This document shows positions 22,401 through 34,107 of a stretch of 64,000 nt of DNA, in pieces. Each line of letters starts with the position of its first letter. Position 1 is the stretch's first letter. Below the pieces are notes generated by a model. The model worked only from the letters and a program-made list of their open reading frames with translations, had not been told where the DNA came from and did no database searches. The stretch comes from Setoptus koraiensis. Its lineage: Eukaryota; Animalia; Arthropoda. The stretch spans positions 2,108,001 through 2,172,000 of the forward strand of contig CM106585.1 in NCBI GenBank assembly GCA_048013815.1, in the 5' to 3' direction. Position numbers and translations under genes: made by a program.

Positions 22401-23821
22401 TCATTTGTGAAATGTACAGTTACATATGCCCTTCCAGATTGTTGTGGCGAACCATTGTCGCGAGCGGCTATAGTGAGAACACAAACGTTACTAGTTATTG
22501 CAGATGCCTGGGAGGATGGCTGCTGATAATTGTTGCTCGCTGATATTTGCTCATAGGCGGCACCGGATGTGAGATGTGATAATGGATCGGCCATTATTTT
22601 ATTATCTGATGTTGTGTATATAGATGATATAGATCTAACTTGGGGCGACTGACAATGCAAGGGGCCGTCAACATTTTTCGTAATGATGCCGGTATCTGGG
22701 TCTATTTTGAAGAGTTGAGTCGGTTGATCTATATAATAATTAACACGGGAATTGTCAGTGTATGGGGCGTCTGCATCATTTGCTTGAACTTGTATGATTG
22801 TGTCGCCTTTTGATAGATTTTCATTAACTCTAACACTGTAATGATTTTGTTCGAATTGAGGGGCCTGATCGTTGACATCCAAAACATCGATGGTGATGGT
22901 TTGATAGGCTCTCTGGTTTCCGTCATCATAGGCGGATATGTTGAGCACGTAACGACTCTGCATTTCGCGATCTAACGGTTCAACAACTTCCAATTGAAGT
23001 AAAAAGTTGCTAGATGAATTGTCATAACTCAATTTAAATGGACCACCATTACCGGCTGAAGTACGCTGTTGTTGCATAGATGTTGGCCTCGAATTCAAGC
23101 GGGCATTCGCTAGCTGTTGTTTAACTGTAAGTTGCTGTTTTGTTGTCGCTTGATCATTGTTGGCATTGTTGTTGTTGAGAGTAGATAAAATCTCATAATT
23201 TAATGTTCCCTCATCTAGATCTTGTGCCGAATCTAGCATCAGCCTGGTGCCTATAGGAGCGGCTTCGCTAATATTAAATTCATGATGTGATTCGGACCAT
23301 TGTGGTTTGTTGTCATTAACATCTAGAACTCTTATCTGAACGTTGATGGGTGCCGATGACAATGATGACAACACAATTAAATTGTATGTATCATTGACTT
23401 CTCTATCTAGTTTGGCGTGCGTGGTGAATATAAAACCCGATGTGGGATCAATGTAGAATTGTGGTATTTGTTCGAAGAATCGAAAGGTCACTTTAGGGGA
23501 GGTGTTTTGTTGGAGTAGATTGTTGGCTAGATTGGCCCCCTGAGAATTTATTGACGGTTGCAGAGCGGCCGATGTTGGATTGTTCAGTGGCGATTGTTTG
23601 ATTCGGCCAACAATAGTTTCAAATTCACTATTTTCTGGCACAGAGAATACATAATTGGTTGCAGTATTGTTGTTATTAGCACCATGTTGTTGCAGCGCTG
23701 GCTTGTTGTTGTCGGATGTTGTTTGGGGCGAGCTAATTGCACAGCTAGCGATAACAACAAGCGAGCCTATGAGGCATAACAACAAGTGCGAATTTGTGGC
23801 AGGATGATAATATGTGAACAT
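19427..23821 (-). CDS. ft: Fat-like atypical cadherin, intronless, ~8 cadherin repeats plus TM, 1464 aa
   Basis: Signal peptide; linkers LDVNDNKP, LDVNDQAP, DDINDNPP, LDVNDCPP. The first repeats follow Fat in order (LDRE..DTYNLIVLSS; GTRLMLDSAQD; CVLTIAARDNGSPQQSGRAYVTV; VAAVTVIDDDQGQNGETSISIEKGNEHGHFKL; LDR..QSKYNLTIVARDHGNPPRSSTA). TM helix near 20490-20555; Q/S/H-rich cytoplasmic tail. Confidence 0.8.
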   Translation of the reverse strand: MFTYYHPATNSHLLLCLIGSLVVIASCAISSPQTTSDNNKPALQQHGANNNNTATNYVFSVPENSEFETIVGRIKQSPLNNPTSAALQPSINSQGANLANNLLQQNTSPKVTFRFFEQIPQFYIDPTSGFIFTTHAKLDREVNDTYNLIVLSSLSSAPINVQIRVLDVNDNKPQWSESHHEFNISEAAPIGTRLMLDSAQDLDEGTLNYEILSTLNNNNANNDQATTKQQLTVKQQLANARLNSRPTSMQQQRTSAGNGGPFKLSYDNSSSNFLLQLEVVEPLDREMQSRYVLNISAYDDGNQRAYQTITIDVLDVNDQAPQFEQNHYSVRVNENLSKGDTIIQVQANDADAPYTDNSRVNYYIDQPTQLFKIDPDTGIITKNVDGPLHCQSPQVRSISSIYTTSDNKIMADPLSHLTSGAAYEQISASNNYQQPSSQASAITSNVCVLTIAARDNGSPQQSGRAYVTVHFTNDNNHHDPRIEFKSFSKSGFAIVDEKRAQNGSLVAAVTVIDDDQGQNGETSISIEKGNEHGHFKLVSTKFSHMIQVNGQLDRHKQSKYNLTIVARDHGNPPRSSTAYLVVKVNECSPKFKSPQALTINIPENLPINSKILTVSAVDCDEHDILTYKVSSCVEETFGQHQLENSFQQQDQSQNDPNPGKGLDCPIKIDSDTGILRTAVSIDRENTTSVLISLEARDGAGNTDTIHVNILIDDINDNPPKFVSSSSIVHIGSLEPNQLLGTIKAIDPDYGFNSTITYRMDSEYSDITNLLQLDSATGQVRAKRYFDSQMTKKVRISAIDGGQLSTHINIQFIIINRLNDHNGLNPPLRFEIKENEAPGFLVTKLDCDFGSSMEHQQAFQSDSPYWPTELPPVMRLSHHGRMDSPSSLVRSSSQYSSLSLSGPEGCNFLLVNETDRPFTIDSNTGKLTLSENGFLDREKQDKYNLEIVTIIQNRVSNHLIVVEISVLDVNDCPPQLLPEYKNVMYLALNDSVASGSMIYDVSRIVYDQDLNSSLEYTMTACYSCNGHFMIEKESGKIYVLEPFAKLKVSPYDLLISVSDGVNQPPLSLNLVISTNSLDQPQSSIPPNDPMSIGIVVVITFFIIILIIITFSFLKINSREKKKPSYLYNTGTTGHRSNSGSIGNLDTNPHNGSMGRSHHYYHHRHTPSGESSVLHLKQMLQSNSSLTPTQLSAATSGLLSQQQQQQHQQNSFNNQMQQQQYPDHFQRHQHDMDQQRQLQASSMSNSDLQSNTACNGSDHGPTLSASHLMYGGHVNHASNFSTNLMASTLSSSTGNHHQLSGSQHPMILQSAISQQSAVSGISTASTATTFGGSNRVLVGKSANMQPSPGAHFRTVSLDNPVPQGSRPHLIVPKPRESRLNQQQLNLKQHMQQQMQQQPPPPARTLRLQQQQQQQQQQQQQQQPPCYLSINNGTSSANLQSSNNGLSNSSDFDNYSDMTLTNGHKMY

Positions 23822-24848
23822 TTTGTGATTTGTGGTTGTTGTTGTTGTTGCTATGTTGTGGTATTGATTTCAAATTCAATATTACATGTACGATGATGGC
23901 TAAACTAGTGCTGCGGTTGTTGTTGTTGTTGCTGCGATGAGCAGTTGCTGTTGTGCTTCAATTGTTGTTTCCACACTAATAATCATGATTAATTAATCTT
24001 GTTATGTGAATGTAATGTAAATGGCGATAATATTTAATATCAACAGGACGATATTGATATTAAATATAAAAGGAGAAAATAACAATTCTCTACGGCTGGC
24101 CCAACGATGAATGTCCAGAGAATGCGCGTCGAACTGTTGCTCGCGTCGCGGTAGAATTTTTTGCTCCCTCTCTGTACCACTGCTACTTGTGCTGCCGCTG
24201 CTGCTGATGCTGTGTGTGTGTGTGTGTGTGTCTGAAGCCTGCACAAACGCGCACAGATTAGAATTAAACGGCACAGGATTGTTGTTGTTCGATGAGCGAT
24301 TCAAGATGAAGAAGCAGAGCGAGACCAATGAGCATCCCTCTGGCTGCTAGAGTCTACTGCTAGAGCAACACCAACAATGCTGCTGCTGCTGCCGCGATGC
24401 GATGCGTCGTCGTTCTATTCAGTGCCCTTCGCACTGCTTGCTGCCATTGCCAGCGCCACAGCACTATATTGTGTGTGCGTTCGACGATTTATAGCTTCAT
24501 CAGCTCATCATCGCGCATGCTATCGAATCGTTTTTGTTTGCCCGTTTGTCCGTGCGAGCGTGCACTTTACTCCGCTGCCATCCCCACACTGTATGCCGGC
24601 CGATAGTAGTGGCATCTCTGCAAGCCAGCACCACTAACGCAGCGTTAGCGAGTGCTGGCAGCGCGCACAAGCACAGGCATTCAACAGGCTTCTTCTTCTT
24701 CTTATCTCGTGTGTCTGTGCCTTTGTGCGTTCCTCCCCCCGCTCTCGAGTGCGGCCCCCGGGAGCGCACACCAGCGCTCTTATCGAGCGTATTATTGGTC
24801 ATCCTCATTCTTTGTTCACACACACACACACACACACACGCACTGGCA

Positions 24849-24903
24849 CTGCGAGCGAACTGTGAGCGAACTGCGAGCGAACCGCGAGCGAACTGCGAGC
24901 GAA
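24849..24903. repeat. 11-bp tandem array CTGCGAGCGAA x5
   Basis: Five near-identical units, ~1 kb upstream of the Fat-like ATG, close to a GA repeat at ~25010. Confidence 0.9.
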
Positions 24904-26704
24904 CTGTAAGCTCCTCCGAGAGAAGCGCCATGAGACACACACACACACGGTTCGGTACAGAGTAGCGGAGAGCGCAGAATCGCAGAGCGGACAGCCAGCG
25001 AGTGAGTGAGAGAGAGAGAGAGAGAGCGAGGCAAAAATAGAATAGCCATAAGCACGCACTTCAGCGACCGAGGCTCAGTTTGCATATGCGCTCGTTGTGC
25101 CGGTTTTGCTTCATTTGCTCACGCTGGCGCTACTAGCAAATAAAATAGATTGCTGCAATACCTCAATCGATGGCCATTCGCAGAGGGCATCACCAATTAG
25201 ATGCCCCCACCAACACTAAGGTACCGATACACTGTGGCACCACTCGTGCAAGTATCGTACGAGTGCCAACGCTGACCCGTAGCCAGTCGCTGGCTGCCAG
25301 TGTGAGCGATAGAGAGCGCGATAAAAGAATAATATTGAAGTGTGATGTGAATTTTGATGATGATTATTCTCTGCTCCGTCCAATGGTGCAGCGGCGCACA
25401 CACACACTGCAGTCCAGTGACTGGACAGTGCAACTGGTCGTCATTTGGTGCGTCGCATCAGTGGTGCGTTGGGCAGCCTACGTGCATCATTAATGCACAA
25501 GCGCAAAGAACGAGCAGCAGCAGCAGCACCACAGTGCACCATATCAGCCTGAATCAAACCATAGCAGCAGCAGCAGCAGCATTGGCGTGGTGTGTGCAGC
25601 ATTGAGCGAACAGAAGCACCAGCAACAGCAACAACAACAACAGCGGCACCGGCAACAGCAACGACACACGCAGCATATGCTGCCCAAAATGGCAAAATGG
25701 GAGAACGTATAGAATAGATTAGGAAGAAACAAAATGCCTATTCCACACTGCTGACCATTGGCGGCCATTAATAGAAGAGGCTTCGCTATTTTGGCCATGG
25801 TCGTCGTCGTCGTCGTCGTCATCATTTAAAAGCGCAAATTTTATTTTCAACCTGACGATCATTGCACACACGGCGCGATACGGAGTGATACTGTTATATC
25901 GTGGTGGCGGTGGTCGGGGCAGCAGTCGTAGGCCGGCGCAAAGAACGCCACACAGTCGCATAGCGAACACAACACGACTACTCGGTTTGGCATTGCAAAC
26001 TTGTTATAACTTGCCCCAAAGTGCCGCTGTTGCACTATTTGCCTAGTGGACACACGCGACACACACACACACACACACACAGTTGCCCAAATCGATGATG
26101 CTATTTAAATTTGATTAATACTGTCCCCTGACATTGACTACGATCGTCGTAGCTACGATCGTCGTAGCGGGCCCACGGCCGCTGATAGACTGCTGCTAAC
26201 AAGCTCTGTTGTAAGCAGCAACAGTTTGTTTGGATTGTCACTTATGCCACAGCGACATGAATAGAAGGGGGGACACTCAATGGTGCGTAGCCACTCTGCG
26301 CCATCGTCGCATTACACTGGCAGTGTTATGCTGGCACAGTGACTGCGCTGCGCCAGTGACAGTGCAATGGTAGTAAAGACTAGTTGTGCGTGTTAATCGC
26401 ATCAATTAATGAACAACAACAACAACAACAACAACAATAACGACATCAACAAGACGCTAATGGTGTAAATGGCCGCTCGGCATTTTGTGTGCAACAGCGA
26501 CCAGCCAGCGTATACAAACACACACACACACACACACTGGCTCGCTCACGGCTGGCTGGCCATAAATAGATGGAGATGAATTTGAGCAATCTGTAACAAG
26601 AGATTGTTATTAATTGTTTGTAGTTTTATCTGTTGCTTGCTGCACGCTGTTTGCTTTCGTTGTTGCTGCTCACCACACACTTGTGCTGCCGGCATAATGT
26701 TGCC

Positions 26705-26739
<35 letters not shown>

Positions 26740-29157
26740 TTGTGTGTGTAAGCAAACCAGCGCATGCCCACTGGTGGCGACGGTGAGCAAATTAACAAGT
26801 GAGCCAGTCGCAACTTGTTGCTCTGCTCGCGCACTGACCGCACAAAGGTGAGCGGCTGCACGAGCGTGCACTCCGCATACACAAGACACTGTATCTTGTG
26901 TGCACCAGGTAGAGAGCCAGCACAAAGCTTATCTAATATCACCGCTTCTGACCTGTGTACGTGCTTACGCTGTTGGCCTCTATGCGCCGCGCTATGATGA
27001 GCCGGTTTTGCTGGCGGCCACCGGCCCGAGCTCGACAGCATACAGCATCGGATATAGCATGCTGCTGTGTTGTGCACGGTGGTTTACCTGGCGCGGTGTG
27101 TTGGCTTATTATCAGGCGGGCGCATTGGCGCATTAGTTGGGTGGGTTGGTCATGAGCATGAGTTTTAATTATCGAATGCAAACACGACTGACCACACGAC
27201 TATTAGCGGTTTGTGTCTAGTCGTTTGATTGCACTTTGTTTATTATTACCATTATTATTAATGTTAAATACGTGCCCGCGCGCTCTGGCCTGCACACACG
27301 GCCGATGTAAGCAAGGTAAGCAAGGTAAATGGGCACTATCGGTATCGGTTTGGTTGGTTGTGTTCTTTTGTTCGATGTGCCCTGCTCTCGATGCGCTCAA
27401 CACGCTCAGCGCGTTCCGTGCCCTTGATGCGCGCCTCACACCGCATGCACACCAATATATACCCACTGTGGGCGCAATGTGGCCACGACAAACAATCACG
27501 ACTATTCAATCTATACAACGACAGGCAGCCAGTGTGATGGCGAGCAGCATTGTTGCATCACCACTGGTTCATATATTCATATTCCACACACACTTTCATC
27601 GCAAATCGCAAATCGCATATCGAGGTTGTTGCTGTTGCATCATGCTGCCGATTGGGCCGACCATCGTTAGCCACGCCAACGAAACCTGGCCGTGCCACTT
27701 ACTGCGTCACTTGGTGCTTGTTGGCCGCAGAGCGCGGTGTTGCGACTCAAACGAGCGGTTGGTGTCACGCGTGCGCAACATCTATCGCACCGGTCATCTC
27801 GTGGCGTGGTCAGCGTCGATCTCGTGGCGCGGTCACCGGTGAGCGGCGCTACTTGACACTTTGGCCAGCGTCGCAAAATTATACAAAATATAATATATTT
27901 ATGCAATGTTATTCGGCGGCCGGCCGATCTGGTTGCTGGCATCGCTCGCATAATGCGAGTCGCACTCAATCTTGTTTGGCGATCTTGTGGCTCTGTTGGT
28001 CGCATGCATTATTTGCTGCCTGGTTGTCGGGCCACCGCGAGATTCACCTGATGATACGCTCAGCACACCACATCCATGTGTATTTATGCGCTGCTGCGAG
28101 TCGATTTGCTACAGACTCGCGGCCCGTCCCTTGCTGACCATCAGTCGCGGCCCGTCGATTGCTGACCAGCCGCTGACCAGCCGCCGACCGGCCAGAGAGC
28201 GGCGCTAAATGGAACAAAACACGCAATCCAGATTGATGACACCACCACTATTGCGCTTGTCATCATGTGAATGGACAGGCCGCCACCACCGCCGCCGCTG
28301 CTGCTGTTGTGTTGATTTAATCTATAAATTATCGACGATGACATGTGAATAGTGGCGCACACAGAGACAGACAATTTTAGAAAAATAAACGCATTTGAAT
28401 ATTTCGACATGATGAATGCTGAGCGACCATCACGCGGCTCTCAACTCTCGTCGCTAATATCCCCGAAAATGCCTCTAATATCTCTAATATCGCACGCCAG
28501 TATCGCTCGCTAATGATATCCGAACGCGCTCTGTTGCCGTGTGTGTGTGTGTGTGTGTTGTGTGAACAGCGTGACCGCTATTAACGTCTAATTGAACTCA
28601 ACTTGAATGGCACTTCAATTAGACTGGCCTCTCAAGTTAGCCTCAGCACGAAAGTTAAATAATGCTGCTGCCACCAGCAGACAAGGCGCAGTGTTGGGTG
28701 TAGTGGTTGGCCGATGTTGCAATGTTGGCTGCCAACAACAATTCTCTTTCTTCGCTCTTGTGCCATTCCGATTCATTCAAGTGGCCGCCGTCGCATATTA
28801 TTATTATTATTTATCTGCTCGCCATTTAGCCGCGCGCTGTGTCCCGTCGCAGTCACCACGCCGCAGTCACCACGCCGCAGTGTGTCCAGCGCCAGTGTGT
28901 GTTGCAACTTTGGCCGTGGCCAACAGTGTGCGTTCACCTGGTGCGTTCGCCAGGTGAAGAGCCCACTGTGCAGCGTCGCTCACCGGGGACCACACACCAG
29001 TATGCGCCACTTGCCGGCCACTGGACATAGGTGGTCGTTGCGCGCACTGTGCTCAGGTAACTTATTGGCGATCGCAAGCATCATGCAAATCATTTAGGAT
29101 GGGCATCGCCGCAAGTGTGCTAGTGTCAATTCGTTTAACGGCTTGTCCCGTCCGCCG

Positions 29158-29238
29158 GCCGTGTCTCGTTGCGGGTCGTGTCTAGTTGCTGGCCGTGTCT
29201 AGTTGCGGGCCGTGTCTCGTTGCGGGCCGTGTCTCGTT
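29158..29238. repeat. 17-bp tandem array GCCGTGTCT(C/A)GTTGCGG x~5
   Basis: Units at 29158, 29175, 29192, 29209 and 29226 (partial). Confidence 0.9.
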
Positions 29239-31828
29239 AGCCGGCCGTGGCCACAAACGACAGCGCGCTGACCACAGCGATCGAACTGGAAGGGCGTGAC
29301 ACCCGCCTGCCCAGCGCATGGATCGACGGTGCGTCCAACAATATTCATGCCACGAATTTCATGGGCCGCGCGGGTCGGGCAGCCAGTGGGCAAGCAGTCG
29401 GCAGCTCGCCGGTGGCGAGCGAACCTGCGAGCAATTGTCGATCATCATTTCGGCACTCATTTGCATATCGACGATTCGAATTGTAAATTGAATATCGAGC
29501 TGTGTTTAAATATCGCAATTGTGCTCAAATATCGCAATTGTGTGTGCGTGTATCTGCGGCTGACCGATCGATCATAATCGATCAAGTTGCATCACAGGTG
29601 CGCGCCACTCTGCTGACACTTGATGCAGCAAGTGCAAACAGATGCTGACTGTGACAGCCAACTGTTGATGCCTGGCCCAGTCACCGGGTGGCAAGGTGAG
29701 CGCCGCCAGTGCGCCAGGCCGCATCATGGGAACCGGCGCGATATAGAGATATTATCAGCGTTGGCATGAGCCATTGTTGTCAGTTCCGGATAGCTGCCGG
29801 CAGTTCCGGACAATGGCTCGCTGAGCCGTACGCTGCCACAGTGATCCAATGGGGTCCCCAACCCAATGGCGGCTCCTTGGTGCCCCGATTGTGCCCCGAT
29901 TGTGCGCTGACTATTGTGCACGAGCACAACTGCACCACTGACAACTGCAACTGTGCTCCAAGAGCGCCGGCCATAACAATTGAATCGAAGTGTGCACCTT
30001 CGAAATTCGAATTCGCCCAGCGGTGCCCATTGTTGGCCGCCAACAACAACATTAATGTTTACACGTGCATTGTTGGCCTGGTCTGACGTCGGTGGCGTTC
30101 GACGCCAGTGGCCGGCCAACGCTGGTCACCAGTGAGCACTGGTCACCGGTTGCTCGTGGCATGCAACCAGTGACCAGTGACCAGTGCTCACCGGCGCTGC
30201 GAGTCAAGTAACGGCGAGCGGCGATATATCAAAGCGCCCCATTATGTGCAACGTCCGACAGTGGGCCGCTGACAGTGGCCCACTGACAGTATGCCACGGA
30301 CAAAGAATGAATTGATTTGAGCGGCCAATTCGCGGCCCGATGCGCCCGTTCCGAGCAGAATGTGGCGCCCCTTGCAGTGGGCGCCAGTTGCCGATACGGC
30401 CGGCCCGTGGTGACGGGCATTGTCACGGGCCACATTGGCTGTCAGTGTGGCCAATGCGCCCGAAAGCGGACGGCACCACAAGCAAGTGGCCGGCCGGTGT
30501 GCGCGAGCGTGCGGCACAACTGGTCGCGCGCACCAATCACGCTCGCTCTCACAACAATCGGCGCCCCAAACACCCATGATGGCACACCAATTGTCACTTT
30601 TGTTTGCGTCAATTATTTGCCTTGACAGCCATATATAATATTTCGCACGAGCAGGCCCCATCGGCGATTGGGTAAGCTGAGCGCTAAGCGTTGAGCCATT
30701 GTTCGGGCCTTCCGCTCACAGGCGTGGGCCTTTTGGCGAGCAAATACGCTCGCACAATGCGCACAAAATGCCCGCTATCGGCTGCCGTCATAATCCGACG
30801 GCCGATAGCAGGCACCTAGCATCGTGCGGGTGAGCCACAATGGGCCTCAGGAATTCGCTCTCTCCGGCGCATGAGTCGCACCATGAGAATGTGGGGCCGG
30901 CCACGGAAGCCAATCCCCGAAGCTTTGCGCTGCATGCCTCTGCAGTGTGCCGGCTTTGTGCCAGCTTTGTGCCGGATCTGTGCCGGCCCTGCGCCGGCTT
31001 TGTGCGTTTCCTTTGACGCACGCGAGGCACCAGTGACAACAGCGGCGGCCGGTTTGTTGGGCTGGTCAAGCCGGCGAGCAAACACGCTGTCAGACGGGCC
31101 AGACTGGCTGACGGTCGACCGGTCAGCTGTCGCTTGTCGTGGTGTGGGCGACAAGTTCCGGCCTGGCGCTGTCAGCGGCTCGCCGGTTGACCCCTCGCGA
31201 GTCGCGACACTGTTCGCGACACTGGCCGTGTGGCGTGCAAAGCGCGCAAACCGGCCGCTGCGGCCCAACGCGAACGGAGATAATAATAATCGGCGACATT
31301 CCTCGGCTGCTTTCGATTGTCCAGCGACCGGTTGACAGCCCGACCAGCCCAAACGGCCGAAATAATGGAAGCGGCCGGAGCGGCCGAAATGGCGTGGGCC
31401 TGACGGATAACAGACAGTTGTAATGATGATATTTTGGCACACACGCCAAACGCCAAACGCATTCATTTAATCTAATATTTGTCTAATATTTGTCCGGCGC
31501 GTCGTTGTGGTCAGCGCGGCGAGAGTCAGACTCTGACTGTAAGAGCGAGAGTGTGATGTTTGTGTTTGGTTGACGGCACAAGTCATTTAGCGGCTGGTCA
31601 TCGTGCGCGCGTCACTTGCTCAAGCCGAGCCAACGTGCGAGCGCTGCCATCGTGGCTTCATTTTAACAATCACCGATCGCACTGATGAGTGATTGAAGTG
31701 CCAAACTGCTGCAACAATCAACACCAATTGTTACCATGCCACGCCCATCGCATATTAGTTTTAGCGGGGGCCACCAACGATAACCGTTATCAGCAGCAAT
31801 CGTTTAGCCAACTGGCCGCACTGTGCGC

Positions 31829-31882
31829 ATCTGTTTGGATATTCGGATCTGTTTGGATAGTCGGATCTGTTTGGACGTTCGG
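31829..31882. repeat. 18-bp tandem array ATCTGTTTGGA(T/C)NNTCGG x3
   Basis: Units at 31829, 31847 and 31865. Confidence 0.85.
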
Positions 31883-34062
31883 ATATTCAGACATTCGACA
31901 GTCGCGCATACCGGTGGCCGGCCGTCAGCTGATCTGGCCGGTCGAGCGGGCCGGTCAGGCGGGCCGGTCAATCGGCCTGGTCAGTCGGGCCGGTCAAGCG
32001 GGCGGCCCAACAGCCCAACTTGGTGAGTTGAACTTACCTGTCGAACGCGGAATGCAATTTGTGTTTGTGCAGAGCTGTGTGCATTGTCGTCGGTGGGTTT
32101 TGTTTAGCCAAATCGATTGTTGTGTTGTCTTAATTCATATTTATTTTCATTTTTCTTTTTATTTTTATTCAAATATGTATTCACACATAAATATCATAAA
32201 TGTGCTCTGCAATGGCTGCAACTGCAAACGCTTGGCCCGACAAACGAAGCACGGTAGCCAGATATGTGTGTGTGTGTCCAACGTTATCATTATCTGGCGC
32301 GTTGTTTATTTTTGCTCATCCCCGCTTCTTCTGATTCCAGATTGTCTTGCAATGTTAATGTATCACTCACTTTGGGCCATGTTGTGTGCCGCTAATAGAA
32401 TCGTCGCCATTCCAATAAACAAAGTAGCGCTAATTTGCCATACGACACCCAAAATGACCCCTGAACGGGCCTGGCGCCCCCATGCAAATCAATATAGCGG
32501 CCGATCACGAGTCAAGTCACGAAAGAACACGCTGTTTAGGCCAATGTCAATATAGGGCCACTATGGGTCGTTTGCAGCACACAATTCTTCGCCGGGTCAC
32601 ACAATGGCCCGCGCTGACACAAAAACCGATACCGGCGATACCTGCGATACTAGCAATACCGGCGATACCGGCGATACCAGCGACGCCGCGATTGTTGTTT
32701 GTGTCAGGCAACAAAGGCAGCAGCAGCAAGCAGGTATATAGCGTGGCCAATTGTAGCGTGTGGTGACAACAGCAGCACCAACAACAATCATGATTAATTG
32801 ACCACCACAAAGCAGCCACTGACATTGAGTTCATTCCAACTGGCGACATATCGACAACAACTGGACAACTGGCACGGCTTTGCTGGGCGAAATCTGGCGA
32901 CCAGAATTGGCCCAGAAGCAGCACAGTTGGCACACAGTTTGCCCCTCGTTGGGCTCCGGCCAACTCGACCGCTCGCAAGTCGACCGAAATCAAATTGCTC
33001 CAAATCGGGCCACTTTTCACCAGCGCCAGTGGCACCGGTCAAAAGTCATGCGCCGCTTTCTAACTTATAAGCCGGCTCCCAGATTGAACTCAATTTGCGA
33101 CTGGCAACTCTTGTCGGCTTGCACCGGGCGGCACATGTGGCCGCTGGCCCGAGCGCCGGCCTGTCGGTTGCGAGGAATCCCGACACCGACAAGGTTGCAG
33201 GGCATCCCGACACCGAGGGTCCCGATGTCGCCGGCGTCACCAACACCGACAACAGCGCCAGAGAGCAACACCGGCAACCAGAATGCACACCAACAAGCGC
33301 ACCAACGAGCACACCAACCAGCACACCGAGTGTATTGGCGGCACAACAACCAGGGCCAGCGACGAGCGGCCAAAGGGCACTGCTAATGAATTATTAGCAG
33401 GCGATCCCATAACCTCAAACGATGCAAACGTTTGAGTTGAGGCTGCTCGTGGGCGAGATAAGCGAGGAATGGAATGGTGAGCTCAGGTAAAACAAACACT
33501 GCTGTTTGCTTTGGCCAGTGCGCTTCGGCCAATGGCGACACTATTTACTCAGTGTGGCCATTGGCACTCATCATCATCATCGTTGTCTCGGCTCAATAAA
33601 CATTTATATTGGCTGCTGCTGCTGCGAGCAAGTTGTGTATGCTTAAACAGACTGCCACCGCTGATGGTCGTCGTGGTCGTCGAATGGGACGCCAGCGCCA
33701 CTCTGGCCAGCGCTATCACGGCGATGGAGCTGTGTGATTAAAGCGATCAAAGCGAAACGGAAAGCAACGACAACTATCCCATCAATTATATTTATCAATT
33801 CATATTTAAACTGACCGGCCACTAACTGACCAGCGCCAATCATATCAGGGCCAGCCGATCTGTGCCAATGCGCTAGCTCACAAAGCAGCAAATTTGCGTA
33901 TTCAAATCTCGGCCGCTCGGCCATTTTTTAGCCCCGGCCGCTACAGTCTGTATCGGCTGTATGGCCGCAGCCAGTGCCGCTCTATCTTTACCTGGTGCCC
34001 GTGTCGCCCGTGTGTCACACGGGCTTACCTGTCGCTGCAAGTTGCAACAGCCACTGGCAGCT

Positions 34063-34107
34063 CACTTTACCTGGGCACACTTTACCTGGACACACTTTAC
34101 CTGGGCG
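34063..34107. repeat. 15-bp tandem array CACTTTACCTGG(G/A)C(A/G) x3
   Basis: Units at 34063, 34078 and 34093, each containing TTACCTG. Confidence 0.9.

Noticed and set aside
32031-32060. ACTTACCTG as the 5' end of U1 snRNA
   Set aside because: Downstream sequence does not match U1; it is one of the many TTACCTG motifs.
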